From: a virus | Strand: one strand, 5' to 3' | Length of the DNA: 64,000 nt | IMG/VR virus record: IMGVR_UViG_3300034092_001898 | Location: 1 to 64,000 of that record | Part shown: positions 46,078-57,025 of the stretch, piece by piece | Position numbering within the stretch: the first letter of the stretch is position 1 | How the letters are laid out: every line of letters starts with the position of its first letter | Translations under genes and position numbers: made by a program | Notes under the pieces: generated by a model | The model's input: only the letters and a program-made list of their open reading frames with translations | The model's database searches: none | What the model was told of the DNA's origin: nothing

Positions 46078-46079
46078 TT

Positions 46080-46784
46080 ATGAGCACCTTCCTGCCATTG
46101 CGGGACATTCCGCAAATTGACATTACGCTGTTTGAGCGTGATTACTTTGATGGCATTGGTTTTGTGTTGCAGGATGACAATGGAGACCCTATCGACCTTT
46201 CCAGTGCCACAATTTGTGCCTCAATTTATCAAACTACGGCTTCTGGAACCAGCAGCATTGTCACGTCGTTTAACGTGCAAAAGGAGGAGCCATTCACAAA
46301 TGGAGCCTTGAACCTGTGGCTTTCGTCGGCTCAAACGCAGACCGTATGGTCAGCCTATCAAGGTTACACGACTGGCAACTACCACTTGTTTGTTCCATCG
46401 GCTTATGCCAATGAGCAAAGCACAATGGAGCAAACCAACTTGACTTGGGACTTGCGAATTGAGGTGCCGGAGAAGGCGGCAGATCTTTTGGCCGTTGCTA
46501 GTGGTGTTTTTACAGCACAAACTGCGCCACGCATCGCCTCTACAGATCGTTTGGCTTTTAGCGGCACCACATCCTCGGGACTGAATTGCAACTTCACCAC
46601 TGCGAGCCCATTGTACTCTGGGGCCACAAGTGTCAGCCAAGTGTCTCCCTATCGCTTTACCATTGCTTCTCTTTCTGGTACCACGAATAGTGCATTGGGC
46701 GGAGCTTTGTATAAGCTGAAGCAAGACACGGTTATAGTGGGAAAGATAGTGGTCGCACAGACCGTCTCTAACTGTTTTGCATAA
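46080..46784 (+). CDS. Virion structural protein (BppU-like N-terminus)
   Basis: DDNGDPIDLS motif. Confidence 0.6.
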   Translation: MSTFLPLRDIPQIDITLFERDYFDGIGFVLQDDNGDPIDLSSATICASIYQTTASGTSSIVTSFNVQKEEPFTNGALNLWLSSAQTQTVWSAYQGYTTGNYHLFVPSAYANEQSTMEQTNLTWDLRIEVPEKAADLLAVASGVFTAQTAPRIASTDRLAFSGTTSSGLNCNFTTASPLYSGATSVSQVSPYRFTIASLSGTTNSALGGALYKLKQDTVIVGKIVVAQTVSNCFA

Positions 46785-46786
46785 CC

Positions 46787-48526
46787 ATGGCTGATTTGAG
46801 GGAAGGCATTAGCGTTGTCACGGTAGGAAGAACGACGCCCATCCCTCCAGGGCCTCAGCCTGCCGCCAAGAGCCTTCCGGTGGTGCTGGCCACGGACACT
46901 GAGGCTGTGCCAGTGCGAGTGGCGAACCAGCAGATCACAGAGGTTTCGCTGAGTCTGCTTGGTGTCCCCCGCTCAGAGGTGGCGCTTGGAATCTTCGCGG
47001 ACGTGACCACCTATGACATTAACCAAAACGAATGGCAGAGCCGAGGTGGACTTGGCACCATTGCGAGCGCAGGAACCACCACGCATATTCCCGCTGAAAG
47101 CGCAGCCAAAGTTGCCTGTAGCGCTGCCACGACGCCACGCAATCAACTGCTGAGCAGCAAGCGCTTCTTCCGCTATCAGCCTGGCCGTGTGAGTAGCTCC
47201 ACGTTTGGCGTGAGGATGACGATTAGTGCCGACGGTGGTGACATTAAGAAGTGGGGATCATTTGACAGCAATGATGGTTACTACTTTGAAGTGCAGGGAG
47301 GCTCACAGACTGGCACCGATAAGGAGACAAACTTTTATGTGGTGAGACGAACAAGCGCTTTTGCGTCTTACTCAACACTGGCGCCCAATACTGCCGCTGG
47401 AGAGATTGGCACGATTGGCAGCAGCCTGGTCATCAAGCGTGATGGTCTCACCTATGTTCATGCAGGGCTCTACGACGAAAGCCTGCGAGTGGCTGGCGGG
47501 ACTGGCGGCAGCACCATTGAAACAGGTTCTGCATTGTCCTTCTCTGTGCCTGCAGACTATCGCTACACCTATGAGTATCGAGTACCACGAAAGTATTTCT
47601 CCTCTGACCGCATGGACGGTCTTACCAGCACTCAATACTATGCCGACGAAGTGCCCGGCAAGGCATCGTTTGGCCTGACGTTTGGTGGCACGGCTAGCGC
47701 ACCAATTCCGAATTACACCAATGGCGACGTGGTGGAAGATGAGGATGGCAATGTAGTTGCCGATGAATCGCTCTGGGATTTGAACTTCTCACGAGTGACC
47801 ATGTATAAGATTGAATACTCGTGGTACGGTGCCGTTGGTGCCAAGTTTCTAGCCTATGTTCCCGACAAGGACGATCCGTCTCAGGCGCGATGGGTGGCCA
47901 TTCACCACCTTCGCGTCAGCAACCAAATCATCACCCCGAGTCTGGGTAATCCCACTCTGCCTCTGAGTTACTACGTTCAGAAGCAAAGCAGCGCCAATGA
48001 AGTAGCGTTGTTCAAGTATGGCGCAAGTTACTACATTGATGGTGGCGACAAGGGGACTATTGTTGCTCGTTCCATCGCTAATTCTGCCGACCGCGCCATT
48101 ACGGTATCTGGCGAAGCGCTGATTGCGTTGCAGGTTAAGAATGCCATCAATTCCATTCGCAATCGGATGCAGGTATATCCCACTCGACTGAGTGTAGGGG
48201 TGAATGGAAGGGCCGTAGTTTCGCTGGTCAAGAATCCAACGCTCGTGTCCGGCGTCCCAACCTTTACTAGCGCCAATGCTTTGAGTCCAATCAACACTTT
48301 CATAGGCACCAGTGTTCCGATCGTAAGTGGCGGCACAACTGTTGCCACGTTCTATGCAGGCGATGGAGGGAACGAATACGACCTTTCGCCTTATTTTGCG
48401 TTTAACAAGGACTACCTTTCTTTCCCATTGGCTGCCACTTCTGGCGATACGCTGTATGTTTTTGTTCGTGGTGCTGCGGCTACCATTAGTGGCAGTGCTG
48501 CTATCACTTGGGAAGAGCAGGTGTGA
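46787..48526 (+). CDS. Virion structural protein (FRYQPGR family), paralog 1
   Basis: SKRFFRYQPGR, DGYYF, MYKIEYSWYGA, YIDGGD. Confidence 0.75.
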   Translation: MADLREGISVVTVGRTTPIPPGPQPAAKSLPVVLATDTEAVPVRVANQQITEVSLSLLGVPRSEVALGIFADVTTYDINQNEWQSRGGLGTIASAGTTTHIPAESAAKVACSAATTPRNQLLSSKRFFRYQPGRVSSSTFGVRMTISADGGDIKKWGSFDSNDGYYFEVQGGSQTGTDKETNFYVVRRTSAFASYSTLAPNTAAGEIGTIGSSLVIKRDGLTYVHAGLYDESLRVAGGTGGSTIETGSALSFSVPADYRYTYEYRVPRKYFSSDRMDGLTSTQYYADEVPGKASFGLTFGGTASAPIPNYTNGDVVEDEDGNVVADESLWDLNFSRVTMYKIEYSWYGAVGAKFLAYVPDKDDPSQARWVAIHHLRVSNQIITPSLGNPTLPLSYYVQKQSSANEVALFKYGASYYIDGGDKGTIVARSIANSADRAITVSGEALIALQVKNAINSIRNRMQVYPTRLSVGVNGRAVVSLVKNPTLVSGVPTFTSANALSPINTFIGTSVPIVSGGTTVATFYAGDGGNEYDLSPYFAFNKDYLSFPLAATSGDTLYVFVRGAAATISGSAAITWEEQV

Positions 48527-50997
48527 CTGTTTCGGGGTACTACCAAATTGCAGAAGATCAGCAGCCAGCAGGCTATGGGCTTGTTGACTCTGAACTGATT
48601 GACTTCACCACGGGCGATACGCTTATCGACTTGGACGATGGCCTGCCGCTAACTGGAGACACGCAAGAAACTGTCATTAGCGCATCTGGAGCTTTTCCGG
48701 TAGCCCTGATGAACAGTGCTGCCATTCCAGTGGAGGTGGTGAACCAGTCGGTTAGCGAGGTGGAGATTGGCCTGCTGGGTGTCCCTAGGGCTGAAACGGC
48801 ACTTGGCATTTTGGGACTGGTCAACACTTATGGCTTGGACCTGACTTTATGGGGGCTTGCGCCAGGCGGTCTATCGCTGTATCAGTATTTCCGCGATCCA
48901 AACACTTGGACTTTTCAAGTGAAGGATGGCATTGAGTATGGCTGGTTTGCGCGACACCTTCCCAAGGAAGCGGCTTTACAGGTTTATGCTTTGCCTCCAG
49001 AGAAGAGCTACGAATATCTAGAAGATGATGGTACTGGCCGGTATCCTGGAGGCTACACCGATGGGGTGATTACAAACTACATTGAAAGCAAGCGCACGTT
49101 CAGGTATCAGCCCGGTCGGATTACTGGTGTGACGATGGGCGTACGAATGTCCACTGATAGTAATTGGCCTGGAGAATCCATCTCTTGGGGGTGCCGCAAT
49201 TCCTACGGCGATGGCTATTACTTTAGGCTGGACAAGGGTACTGATTTGTATGTGGTCAGGGAATCACCGGGCTTGCCAACACTTGTAGTACCAAGAGAAC
49301 AATGGAATGGCGATCCTGTCACTGTTGAGGCTGGCGATACGGGGTGGAATCTTGACGTGTCAAAAGTGACAATGTTCAAGATTGAGTTTGGCTGGTATGG
49401 CGCCATTGGAGCCACCTTGTTCGCCTATGTGCCTATTGACCATGACAATGCACGATGGGTGAAGTTACATTCATTTAGAGCAGAGAACCAGAACACTGTA
49501 CCGAGCCTGAGAAGTCCGTATCTGAGGATTTTTATTCAGGCAACACAAACTGCTGGTGCAAGCACTCCGGCCTTCGTTAACTTGTACGGTAGTAGCGTCT
49601 ACATTGATGGTGGCGATGATGGCACACTACAAACCGCCAGTGCTTCAACACCAACAGCAGCAACAATCACCAATCAGGCTCGTTCAATTATTGGCCTACT
49701 GCCTGCCACTAGGATCAATGACATTCCGAATCAGAAAACACTATTCCCGACATCGCTATCATTTTCCTCCGACTTGCCAGCCAGGCTTGATCTGATGGTC
49801 GTGAATCCTGGAATTGGCAATAGTGAAAGCTATGGCTATGGCCATGGTACGACGATTAGCCGCCCTGCTGCAAGTGGCTTTGCAGTGGTGCGCACTAACG
49901 CCACCACGTTGACTGGTGTAATCCCCACTGGCCTACCATTTACGCCAGCCACTGCCCATGGCTATTTGTATTCTGGCTATCCAGTGAAAGTGGTGGCTAG
50001 TGGGCTGAACAACTATTTCGCCACTACGCTAAACGCTACAACGATTGGCACCAACCGCAATGTACCAGCAGGCACCACATCTGTTGCTTTAGCCGCTTTT
50101 GACGCCTATGCCATTGGCAATAATGCTGAAATTGTGAGTGGCGATGGAGTGGACCTAGGGGGTTCTAGGCAATATACCGGCAAGCTCTACTTCACTCGAC
50201 CCAGCGGCAATACTGGCGGCATCTATTGGCGTCTTGGGCTGTGGTTAAATGCCAGTGGCACGTACCTGCCTGGAGTGTCCACTGTTTCTTGGCTCGCCAC
50301 GGCTTTCCCTGGCATTGATTACACGCTGTCTGGTGAAGAGATTGGGGAAGTGGCATTGCCGCCAGAGACTTTCCGGCAAGTTAGCTTTTCGATTGTTGAA
50401 AGTGGAGGAGTGGCGACTGTGCGGGGACGACTGTTCCGACAGTTGGCTGCGTCTCCTCCTCCGGTTACGATTACAGGCTCACCATTTCCTATAAAGGTCG
50501 TAGCCGAACTCTACCCTGGCTCTTCACTGAGCGACGTGGTTCTGTCTATGGCTGCCATGCCAGACGGCTACTTAGGGCTGGCCGGAGAAGATTTCGCCAA
50601 TGCCTATGATCGCTTTGCTGTGGTGCCAGGATCAGGGCGAACTTTAGCCATTTCGGGCTGGACGACAAGTGGCAATATCACTCAATCCGCTGTTGGTGGA
50701 GCCAATTATGTTGCCAACAAGTTTGAAACGCCACTAAATCTTCCCTTGACTGGCGCCCTCGTGGACCTGCAAGGGCGCCGCACGCCCTACAGCCTCTCTT
50801 CCATCGCATCGTTCTTTGCCGCCAGTGGAGAGAGCCGTACTGTGCCATTGTCGGCTTATTTTGGCCCGGATAAAACATTCCTTGCTGGCGGTGCTGACAC
50901 TCCTTATGGCCTAGGGGCATTGTTCGTTGTGGCATCTGCGAGAGTGTCAGGCCAGACTGGTAATGTATTTGCATCAATTAACTGGAGCGAACAATGA
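48523..50997 (+). CDS. Virion structural protein (FRYQPGR family), paralog 2
   Basis: SKRTFRYQPGR, DGYYF, MFKIEFGWYGA, YIDGGD; shares LLGVPR.E.ALGI. Confidence 0.75.
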   Translation: MTVSGYYQIAEDQQPAGYGLVDSELIDFTTGDTLIDLDDGLPLTGDTQETVISASGAFPVALMNSAAIPVEVVNQSVSEVEIGLLGVPRAETALGILGLVNTYGLDLTLWGLAPGGLSLYQYFRDPNTWTFQVKDGIEYGWFARHLPKEAALQVYALPPEKSYEYLEDDGTGRYPGGYTDGVITNYIESKRTFRYQPGRITGVTMGVRMSTDSNWPGESISWGCRNSYGDGYYFRLDKGTDLYVVRESPGLPTLVVPREQWNGDPVTVEAGDTGWNLDVSKVTMFKIEFGWYGAIGATLFAYVPIDHDNARWVKLHSFRAENQNTVPSLRSPYLRIFIQATQTAGASTPAFVNLYGSSVYIDGGDDGTLQTASASTPTAATITNQARSIIGLLPATRINDIPNQKTLFPTSLSFSSDLPARLDLMVVNPGIGNSESYGYGHGTTISRPAASGFAVVRTNATTLTGVIPTGLPFTPATAHGYLYSGYPVKVVASGLNNYFATTLNATTIGTNRNVPAGTTSVALAAFDAYAIGNNAEIVSGDGVDLGGSRQYTGKLYFTRPSGNTGGIYWRLGLWLNASGTYLPGVSTVSWLATAFPGIDYTLSGEEIGEVALPPETFRQVSFSIVESGGVATVRGRLFRQLAASPPPVTITGSPFPIKVVAELYPGSSLSDVVLSMAAMPDGYLGLAGEDFANAYDRFAVVPGSGRTLAISGWTTSGNITQSAVGGANYVANKFETPLNLPLTGALVDLQGRRTPYSLSSIASFFAASGESRTVPLSAYFGPDKTFLAGGADTPYGLGALFVVASARVSGQTGNVFASINWSEQ

Positions 50998-52199
50998 CAC
51001 TTCCTGGCTTGGTTCGAGCTAACAATTTATCTGACCTCACGAATGTCAGTGAGGCGTGGGACAATCTAGCCCAAGATCTTGACTATTCATACAATGCGCA
51101 GAGAGCCAATTACGTTAACAATTCTGCCGTAATTCGACAGGACGAAAAAAGTAACGTAACAGTGGCACAAGCCAGTGGTATTCCATTGAGCCATGGCGGG
51201 CAGTATGTCTACAAGATCACAGAACAGGCTGGCACTGCGATTCCTTTTCCGTTTGGCTATCTTCGCGCTGCGGCAACAAGTGCAAATTACGCAAACCTTG
51301 ACTGGCGACTCAATGTAAGCAATGGGCCAGTAGTGGGATCAATTTTGCTTAAGGCAGGCACGCATAGCTTTGTTGGCATGGCGTTGCGACCTGGGAATGG
51401 TGGCAACTTCTTCAAGGACACCAACTATCCCTTTTTTGGTATTGACTTGCTTACGGGCAATCGCCAAGATTGCTTTGGTACCGGCAAGCCCTATGAAATC
51501 ATGGGAGCCGTAGAAGAGGAGGACGGATGGTGGCGAGTGTCCATGAGCAGCATTTGCCAGCAAGCGTATGGCACTGCTTCGATTGACTTAATCTTTTTGC
51601 AGCAGGGCAATTTAGCAGTGGTGCCCAATGCGTCATCCACTGATGGCAGCAAGTTCTTTTATGCGGCATTGCCACAGATTGAAACTGGCCACGAACCATC
51701 GCCAATCATTATCACAGTCAGTGAGCAGCCAGTATCACAAGCGACTGTTGCAACGTCGGCCAGTGGCTTGAGCTTTGGTGGAGAGGACATTAGTGCCATT
51801 CGTGGTCTAAGCAATGTTGGCACCACCAATCTTTTGCTGGCATCATCATTGCTCAGAGCAGCGCAACCACGCATTAGTCAACTTCAAGCGTCAGGCCAAG
51901 CGGCAGTTGCTTCGGGGGCTAATTGCCTGCCCATTGTTTCTCCGTCGTCTACTGGCAATTACGTCGTCAGCGGTCTTGTCGCCAGCGGCTATAGCGTCAA
52001 TGGAAATGCAATCAATACCGTATCTGTTAGCCCTTTGTCTGGCACAACAGCCACTGTGCCACTGCAAGTTGATGGCCTCATTCCTCAGGCATGGAAGGCC
52101 GATACAGCATTTGCGTCAGGCAGTCTTTCGTCGCCAAGTCTTGCAATTCCCATTGAGTATGATGGTTTTTACGTGGCCATCGTTGTGGGGCAAGCATAA
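50994..52199 (+). CDS. Fibre/spike protein (NNLSDL motif)
   Basis: GLVRANNLSDL..A..NL; GWWRVS; PQIE.G..PSP.I.T. Confidence 0.7.
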   Translation: MTLPGLVRANNLSDLTNVSEAWDNLAQDLDYSYNAQRANYVNNSAVIRQDEKSNVTVAQASGIPLSHGGQYVYKITEQAGTAIPFPFGYLRAAATSANYANLDWRLNVSNGPVVGSILLKAGTHSFVGMALRPGNGGNFFKDTNYPFFGIDLLTGNRQDCFGTGKPYEIMGAVEEEDGWWRVSMSSICQQAYGTASIDLIFLQQGNLAVVPNASSTDGSKFFYAALPQIETGHEPSPIIITVSEQPVSQATVATSASGLSFGGEDISAIRGLSNVGTTNLLLASSLLRAAQPRISQLQASGQAAVASGANCLPIVSPSSTGNYVVSGLVASGYSVNGNAINTVSVSPLSGTTATVPLQVDGLIPQAWKADTAFASGSLSSPSLAIPIEYDGFYVAIVVGQA

Positions 52200-53545
52200 T
52201 GGCAAGACGCTATGGACTGAGAGCCAGTTCTAATCTTGCAGACGTTGCCAATAATACGCTTTGCGTTGAAAATCTCAACCTTCGTATTGCTGACTTTGTT
52301 TCTATTGCTGGCATCAGCGCTACTGGCGTTACTCCTAGCGATTTCGCTGCACTGCAGGGGCTTCGTGCGCCACTAGAGGCTCAGATCACGGGGTTCGCCC
52401 CTATTGCTGCAGCGCTTCTATCGGGACTGGCCTTGAAAGCCCTGCGGACTGGAGATTACATCAGTGGCACGCTCACCGTTAATGGGATTGTCTCTGGGGA
52501 CCGGGCCTTCATTCGCACCACTGGCAGTGGGGCTGTCTACAGTGCTGCATCAGGGAGTTTCTTTTCGCCCATTAGTGGCAGTACGTTTTCCGGCGGTGGC
52601 TTTTACCTTTCTGGCCCAACACGGATTAGCGGCCTCAACACTGGCAGTGGCTTGGGCAACTACACTGGCACCACTTTTTCATGGCAGCCTCATTACGAAG
52701 ACTACAAAGTGTATCAGCGCATCACCAATAGCTCTGACACTCTTTTCGCTATTCGCACCAAACTGCCTCCTCCGACTGTTTTTAGTGGCTGCCAACTGTG
52801 GCTTGATGCTGAGAAAAGTTCGGTTTCGTACTTTGCGGCCAATCGGATTAGCCAATGGAATAGCCTGATTAGTGGTGGACCAAGCGCAGCGCAATTAACA
52901 AGCGGCAATGCTCCGTACTATCTGGTTTCTGGCATCGTTGACAGCGGCATCCTGAAACCCGGCATCAACTTTACTGGCACTGACTTTTTCTCCCTAAGTT
53001 CACTTGGCGGATTCTTTCCCGATGGGGCTACGGTTGTCATCATGGCCCAAGTTGAAGATGCAGACTACTGCTTGTTAGGTAACAACTCAAGCAATGCCGG
53101 ACGTTGGCGCACCACTTCGGGCAATGGCACTTGGCCGCTATTTTGCGCTTCGCCCATTGATCGCTTCCCTGCAGTTATGCCTGCCAATGGAACATTTGTG
53201 TTTGGTATTAGAGCATCACAAGCCTACGGGTTAGAAATTAGGAGCAATGGACAGCGGTTAGATTATGCCTCCCCATCAGGTTTTGAATATCAAGCCAGTG
53301 GAGAATACCTGCTAGGTACTGCTCCTGGTGGCGCCGGACGTTTCGGGGGAAAGGTGTTCGCCGTGGTGGCCTTTAATCGAGTGCTGCCAGATAGGGAATT
53401 GCGCACCGTGGAGGAGTATTGCCTGTGGCGCTATAATTCAGTCTATAACCCTGATGCCACGCAAACTTTGCAGTTAGAGGATGGTTCCTTCCTGCAACTT
53501 GAAACTGCATCTGGTACCACTGATTTCGTCGTAGATCTAGGCTGA
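52199..53545 (+). CDS. Fibre protein with lectin-like (LamG-type) C-terminus
   Basis: NLADV; LWLDA..I..W..; FNR.L...E...VE.Y. Confidence 0.7.
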   Translation: MARRYGLRASSNLADVANNTLCVENLNLRIADFVSIAGISATGVTPSDFAALQGLRAPLEAQITGFAPIAAALLSGLALKALRTGDYISGTLTVNGIVSGDRAFIRTTGSGAVYSAASGSFFSPISGSTFSGGGFYLSGPTRISGLNTGSGLGNYTGTTFSWQPHYEDYKVYQRITNSSDTLFAIRTKLPPPTVFSGCQLWLDAEKSSVSYFAANRISQWNSLISGGPSAAQLTSGNAPYYLVSGIVDSGILKPGINFTGTDFFSLSSLGGFFPDGATVVIMAQVEDADYCLLGNNSSNAGRWRTTSGNGTWPLFCASPIDRFPAVMPANGTFVFGIRASQAYGLEIRSNGQRLDYASPSGFEYQASGEYLLGTAPGGAGRFGGKVFAVVAFNRVLPDRELRTVEEYCLWRYNSVYNPDATQTLQLEDGSFLQLETASGTTDFVVDLG

Positions 53546-53934
53546 TGACAAAACTGAGCCAACTAGCAGTGATTTCCGGCTCGGCATTAGCCGATAACGA
53601 CCTGCTGTTTGTCAATGATGTAAGTGATGCGTCATTACCGAGCAAGGCTTTAACGATTAGCGGCCTGAAGCAAGCGATTGCTTTGGCTTTTGTGGGCACC
53701 AATCCTGAGGACATTCCCCTCAATCAGCATCTTGGCGATCTTGCGTTTCTTGACACCTTCCAGCCCACGATTGTTAGTGGCCTTAACGTAAGCTCTGACG
53801 TAGCCTCTAGCGGTGTTCGCACAGCCACCTTCACTGCCACTAATGCTCCAGGGGCTTCTAACGTCGTGGTAAGGCAATGGTTGCCAGTAGTGATCACTGG
53901 CGTCACTCATTACCTTCCATTGTTTGCTCCTTAA
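53545..53934 (+). CDS. Small virion protein
   Basis: KLSQL; GT.P..IPLNQ.LG.LAF.D. Confidence 0.65.
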   Translation: MTKLSQLAVISGSALADNDLLFVNDVSDASLPSKALTISGLKQAIALAFVGTNPEDIPLNQHLGDLAFLDTFQPTIVSGLNVSSDVASSGVRTATFTATNAPGASNVVVRQWLPVVITGVTHYLPLFAP

Positions 53935-55241
53935 TGCCTGCTGGTTATCCTACGGTTAGGCCACTGCAAATGCTTGATTACGCAAATCAAGCAAACATTG
54001 ACTCGCGCTTTGTTTTTACGCGATCTACAACTGGCTCTTACGTTGATGCTTCTGGCATTCAACAAGTTGTCGGAGTCAATGAACCGCGACCATCGTACCA
54101 TCCGCTAACGGGAGCCTATCAGGGCTTGCTACTGGAAAGCGCAGGCACCAACTTGCTGCCATGGAGCAATGACATTACAGCATCTGGCTGGTATTACGCT
54201 CCGCAAAATGGCGCTATTGGTTCAGGGTACACGGGCATTGGGGGGCTTCCCACGGCTTATCGTGTTGCGGAAGGCAGTGTACCTGGGACATGGTTTATTG
54301 CCACTTCTGTTGCCATTAGCGGCCAAACTAATTATGGAGTATCGGCGTTTCTGAAAAGCGATGGCGTGAGCCGTGGCTATTTGCAGTTTGTTGGTGTTGA
54401 TGCAAGCGGAGTGGTGAAAGGCAATGTGGTGGTTTATTTTGACCTACGCCGAGAGCTTGTATTCCCAGAAAACTATGGCGTCAACACAGATACAGCGCTG
54501 CTAGAAAAACGCAAAAATGGGTGGTTTCGCGTAGGGGGAACTGGCCCAATCGCATCCGGCGCGGTACTGGGAGTAGTGAACTTAGTGCTGCAACGTGACG
54601 ATGGAAGCCTATTTTATCAAGGGAATGGACAAGGCTTGCTGACGGATGGTTTTCAAGTGGATGCCAATGGCAGCAATGCCTACATTTCTTCGTTCATTGC
54701 CACGTCAGGAACGGCTCTTACTCGCGCTGCAGATGCCATAACAAGCGCCAGCAATCAACTTGATGATTGGTACGTTCAGAGCGGAGCCACTTTTTATCAA
54801 GATGCCTTGGTACTGAATGACGACTTTTATGGCAGTGGGCGTTACATTTTTCAAGCACTTGCAGTCGCCACTTCAGCAAGAGCAGAATTACGTATTAACG
54901 CTGCCTCCAATGGAGCGCGAATCGCCGGAATAGTCGCTAGTGGAGTTGTTGCTGATTTTTCGATTGGTTCTTTTGCTCCTGGCAATGGCCTTGAATCATG
55001 GGAAGCGCCAGCATCAGGCTCCGGGACAAGCCGAACCATTGCCACTCGCTCTGCATTTAGCTTTTCTCCATCGGGACTTTTCTTGGCCTTTAATGGCCAA
55101 TCTGTTACAACGTCTGGCCTTGTTCCATCTGGCGTTAATCGACTTAGCTTACAGCCCGCTAATGCCGGGAAAGTTATTCTACGTCGTGCTACCATCTACC
55201 CATTGCTCACCAATAGTGAGGCGCTACTGTTAACACAATGA
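53934..55241 (+). CDS. Spike/fibre protein (TRAAD family)
   Basis: FTRS..G.Y, GLLLE...TNLL..S, NGWFR, SSFI.T....TRAAD. Confidence 0.75.
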   Translation: MPAGYPTVRPLQMLDYANQANIDSRFVFTRSTTGSYVDASGIQQVVGVNEPRPSYHPLTGAYQGLLLESAGTNLLPWSNDITASGWYYAPQNGAIGSGYTGIGGLPTAYRVAEGSVPGTWFIATSVAISGQTNYGVSAFLKSDGVSRGYLQFVGVDASGVVKGNVVVYFDLRRELVFPENYGVNTDTALLEKRKNGWFRVGGTGPIASGAVLGVVNLVLQRDDGSLFYQGNGQGLLTDGFQVDANGSNAYISSFIATSGTALTRAADAITSASNQLDDWYVQSGATFYQDALVLNDDFYGSGRYIFQALAVATSARAELRINAASNGARIAGIVASGVVADFSIGSFAPGNGLESWEAPASGSGTSRTIATRSAFSFSPSGLFLAFNGQSVTTSGLVPSGVNRLSLQPANAGKVILRRATIYPLLTNSEALLLTQ

Positions 55242-57025
55242 CAAGGGGACTTGTACGAGCCAATAATTTTTCGGACTTGACCGACAAGGATCAGGCCGTT
55301 ACAAATCTCGGCCTATCTTCCGTTGATTATGCCGCCTTAAAAGGACTCTATACCACGGCAGGAATTGATTTTGCCGTGATTGGCGAGATTGGCAATAGCC
55401 AAGGCAACTATCAAGCACAACTCGATGGAGTGTCCAGCACGTTTTCTGGTATCGTCCTGTCAGGTTATGTTAATCGCTCTGGCAATAGCGCCATTACTGG
55501 TAACTGGTCCCATAGTGGCATTATTGATATTGTGAGCGGCCTGCCCAGCGGTTATCCAGCCTCAACAGACAGCCTGTTTTCCCTTTCCATTGAAAACGGA
55601 GAGGCAGTTATTGTTGCGTCCGGATTGATTGCAAGCGGACTATCGTATAATGGAGTGAGACAATCAAGCTCAACCGTACAACGAGCACTTCCACCAAGCG
55701 GCTTTAGTCCATTGCATTTGATTCCTTTACAAGTTGGTGGCCAAGGGTATTTCGCGGAAGCGGGAGAAAGCCCTAGCTTTCATATTGCCCCGGCTCGACT
55801 TGGCCATGCTCTTGACCTTGTTACTGGCAATTTGATCGGCACCTACAACTCAGCATCCCCGGCTATGGCCGTCGGTTCCGACGGGCTGCTGTTCACCCCA
55901 GCAGCGAATGCGCCGGTCATTGAATACAACCCCGTGACTCGGGCGTGCCTGGGAACGAGGATCTGGGGGGTGGTGACGAATCAGATCCGCAACAATACGA
56001 TGGTCGGCGCGGCAACGGGAATACCGGGAACGATGCCGATTAACTGGAGCGATGTCCCGACCAGCAATGGATTGAGTCGGCAAATTGTCGGGATCGGAAC
56101 AGAGGCTGGAATCACCTACATAGCCATCCGATACTCTGGAACAACAACGGCAACGGCAAGCACCGTTCTGCAGCCTGAATTAAGCGCCGTTGTTGTAGCC
56201 GCAACCGGTCAATCATGGACTGCAAGTTCATGGCTTGCATTAGCTGGCGGCTCAGCGAATGGACTGACAATAGTTCAACGGGTTACCGGCCGCTCCTCTG
56301 GCGGTAGCTTCCTTGAGAACACTGATACAACAATAACGCCGAGTTCGACACTGACTCGCTATGCAGCGTCAAAAACAATGACGAATGCGTCAACATTAAG
56401 AGTTTCCTGCGACATTGTCCTTTCCTACAACTCTGGCGCCGCCATTGACATCACCCTCCGCATCGGCCTGCCTCAGCTAGAGCAATCGGCAACCATGGGG
56501 CCAGTGGTGCCGACGTCAGGACTTATCGCCAGCAGCACCGCCGATGTGTGGTCAATCACGGGCGCGGATTTCAACAGGATCTACAATCAATCGGCGGTGA
56601 CGTTCTACTTTGACGGATCCTACGTTCAGGCCGGCCCCTCATCGTTTCCCAGGATGATTGCCGCAGTGGGATCAAACCCTAACACTGATGAGGTTAGTAT
56701 TTATGGCCGCGTCAATACTGGCAGTGGGGATGGTCGCTTTTACGGCAGTTCTACAATTGCTGGGACAAGTCAATTCACGCTTGGCGAGTTCACATCCCCA
56801 GTGATGAATAGCGGCAAAGCGGCGGCGGCTTTCGCCTTGAATGATGCCGCTATGTTCGACGGCCAGGTGTTAACGACTGACAACACCGGGACTCTGCCAG
56901 TAGCGCAGGAGCTACGGATTATGGGCCAAGCACGTTTTCAGCCAATGCCCAACGGCTACATCCGCGAGCTTGCAATTTTCCGCAGCCGTCGGCCTAACGC
57001 CAACCTCCAGGCGCTGACAACATGA
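55238..57025 (+). CDS. Mosaic fibre/spike protein
   Basis: N-terminal GLVRANNFSDL; C-terminal TN.IRN..M.GA..G.PG..P..W, RIGLPQLE. Confidence 0.75.
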   Translation: MTRGLVRANNFSDLTDKDQAVTNLGLSSVDYAALKGLYTTAGIDFAVIGEIGNSQGNYQAQLDGVSSTFSGIVLSGYVNRSGNSAITGNWSHSGIIDIVSGLPSGYPASTDSLFSLSIENGEAVIVASGLIASGLSYNGVRQSSSTVQRALPPSGFSPLHLIPLQVGGQGYFAEAGESPSFHIAPARLGHALDLVTGNLIGTYNSASPAMAVGSDGLLFTPAANAPVIEYNPVTRACLGTRIWGVVTNQIRNNTMVGAATGIPGTMPINWSDVPTSNGLSRQIVGIGTEAGITYIAIRYSGTTTATASTVLQPELSAVVVAATGQSWTASSWLALAGGSANGLTIVQRVTGRSSGGSFLENTDTTITPSSTLTRYAASKTMTNASTLRVSCDIVLSYNSGAAIDITLRIGLPQLEQSATMGPVVPTSGLIASSTADVWSITGADFNRIYNQSAVTFYFDGSYVQAGPSSFPRMIAAVGSNPNTDEVSIYGRVNTGSGDGRFYGSSTIAGTSQFTLGEFTSPVMNSGKAAAAFALNDAAMFDGQVLTTDNTGTLPVAQELRIMGQARFQPMPNGYIRELAIFRSRRPNANLQALTT